Of a stretch of DNA of 16,722 nucleotides, positions 15,565 through 16,722 are shown in pieces; the stretch's first letter is position 1, and every line of letters starts with the position of its first letter. Source of the stretch: Gemmatimonadaceae bacterium (GTDB taxonomy: Bacteria > Gemmatimonadota > Gemmatimonadetes > Gemmatimonadales > Gemmatimonadaceae); the NCBI GenBank assembly GCA_040902005.1, contig JBBDYA010000030.1, positions 22,410-39,131 on the forward strand. The letters are read 5' to 3'. The notes beneath the pieces were generated by a model, which saw only the letters and a list, made by a program, of their open reading frames with translations, searched no databases and had not been told where the DNA came from. The position numbers were made by a program, and so were the translations under genes.

Positions 15565-16722
15565 ATGCTCGCCCTCGCCCGGAAGTACCGACCCAAGACC
15601 TTCGCCGACGTTGCGGTCCAGTCGCACGTCTCGAACACGCTCAAGGGCGCCATCGCGGCGAAGCGCGTCGCCCATGGCTACCTGCTGTCGGGCCCTCGGG
15701 GCGTGGGCAAGACGACCCTGGCGCGCGTGCTGGCCATGGCGCTCAACTGCGAACGGGGCGCGCCCGGCGGCGAACCGTGTGGCGAATGCACGTCGTGCAG
15801 CCGCATCTGGACGGGATCCACGTCCCTGGACGTGATCGAGATCGACGCGGCGACCAATCGCGGCGTGGACGACGCCCGCGAGCTGCGCGAGCGGGCGATG
15901 TACGCCCCGTCGGGCGAAGAGCGGTACAAGGTTTACATCGTGGACGAGGCGCACATGCTCACCCGCGAGGCCTGGAACGCGCTGCTCAAGATCCTCGAGG
16001 AGCCGCCCCCCCGGGTCGTGTTCGTCTTCGCCACCACGGAACCGCACAAGATCGCGCAGTCGGCCGCCCCGGTCCTCTCGCGACTCCAGCGCTTCGACTT
16101 CAAGCGCATCGGCCCCGCCGACATCCGCCAGCGGCTGGAGTCCGTGCTGGCCGCGGAGGGGGTGGCGTCGGAGCCGGAGGCGCTCTCCATGATCTCGCGC
16201 GCGGCTGACGGATCCATGCGCGATGCCCTGAGTCTCACCGACCAGGTGCTGGCGATGGGCACCGGAACCCTGACCGCCGGGCGCGCGCGCGACGCGCTGG
16301 GGTTGATCCCGGAGGATGAATACATCCAGCTGCTGGACATCATCGCCGAACGCCGCGCGCAGGACGTTTTCCCGTTCGTGAGCCGCCTGGCGGATGGGGG
16401 CGTGGACTTCGGCCAGTTCCTGAGCGGGCTGGGCGACATCCTGCGGGCGCAACTCACCGTCGCCCTCGGCGGTGAGGCGCTGGACGTTTCCGACGCCGCG
16501 CGCGCGCAACTCGTCGCGCGTCGTGGAAAGTTGGAAGCCGCCGATCTCCTCCGCATGCTGAGCGCGATCGGCGAAATCGAGATCCGGTTCCGGAAGAGCG
16601 GACAGCAGCAGTTGCTCGTCGAAACGATGCTCGTACGCTTCGCGCTGCTCGATCGCACGGTGGCAATCGAAGACGTCCTCCGCGCAATGACCGGTGGTGG
16701 TGGGAGTGGCGGGGGTGGCGGC
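15565..16722 (+). CDS. dnaX: DNA polymerase III subunit gamma/tau, 5' part; truncated by the window end
   Basis: Not in the ORF track because it has no stop in the window. Reads MLALARKYRPKTFADV, Walker A GPRGVGKTT, Zn module LNC...PCGECTSC, EIDAATNRGVDDAREL, YKVYIVDEAHML, NALLKILEEPP, FATTEPHKI, LSRLQRFDF, ADGSMRDALS. Confidence 0.97.
   Translation, partial: MLALARKYRPKTFADVAVQSHVSNTLKGAIAAKRVAHGYLLSGPRGVGKTTLARVLAMALNCERGAPGGEPCGECTSCSRIWTGSTSLDVIEIDAATNRGVDDARELRERAMYAPSGEERYKVYIVDEAHMLTREAWNALLKILEEPPPRVVFVFATTEPHKIAQSAAPVLSRLQRFDFKRIGPADIRQRLESVLAAEGVASEPEALSMISRAADGSMRDALSLTDQVLAMGTGTLTAGRARDALGLIPEDEYIQLLDIIAERRAQDVFPFVSRLADGGVDFGQFLSGLGDILRAQLTVALGGEALDVSDAARAQLVARRGKLEAADLLRMLSAIGEIEIRFRKSGQQQLLVETMLVRFALLDRTVAIEDVLRAMTGGGGSGGGGG

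Noticed and set aside
15565..16722. Programmed frameshift or slippage site of dnaX
   Set aside because: No A-run slippery site is seen in the available part; any such site would lie beyond the window.
1..16722. CRISPR arrays, tRNAs, IS elements, integrases or defence genes
   Set aside because: I saw no regularly spaced DNA repeats, cloverleaf motifs or transposase/integrase ORFs. The repeats present are protein-level (DUF4097, Big_2).

Overview
High-GC bacterial window. Gemmatimonadota is my guess from gene content and style (Big_2 lipoproteins, DUF4097), not a demonstrated assignment. Left to right: (1) On the minus strand, a DUF4097 secreted protein and a truncated di-heme (CxxCH) oxidoreductase-family lipoprotein. 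Between them is a sigma70-like promoter overlapped by two TTAGG-N4-CCTAA-type palindromes resembling DtxR/MntR metal boxes. (2) A tightly coupled central-carbon operon: tal, pyk, a PhnP-like MBL hydrolase, pgi and a class II aldolase. (3) A sensor-less HisKA-like protein, an NtrC-family sigma54 activator, YtxH and YihY. (4) Two separately regulated Ig-fold lipoproteins: 3x Big_2 plus a PPC-like domain, and a PQQ-type sugar dehydrogenase. (5) An unannotated ~130-nt unit bounded by a correctly spaced sigma54 promoter and a T9 intrinsic terminator. (6) SRP RNA (ffs) with its own promoter and terminator, then the 5' part of dnaX. The best novelty candidates are the putative sigma54-dependent small RNA (~15195-15323), possibly linked to the nearby activator and phosphotransfer pair, and the tandem metal-repressor operator in front of the di-heme protein. 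All assignments come from reading motifs; no database searches were run.
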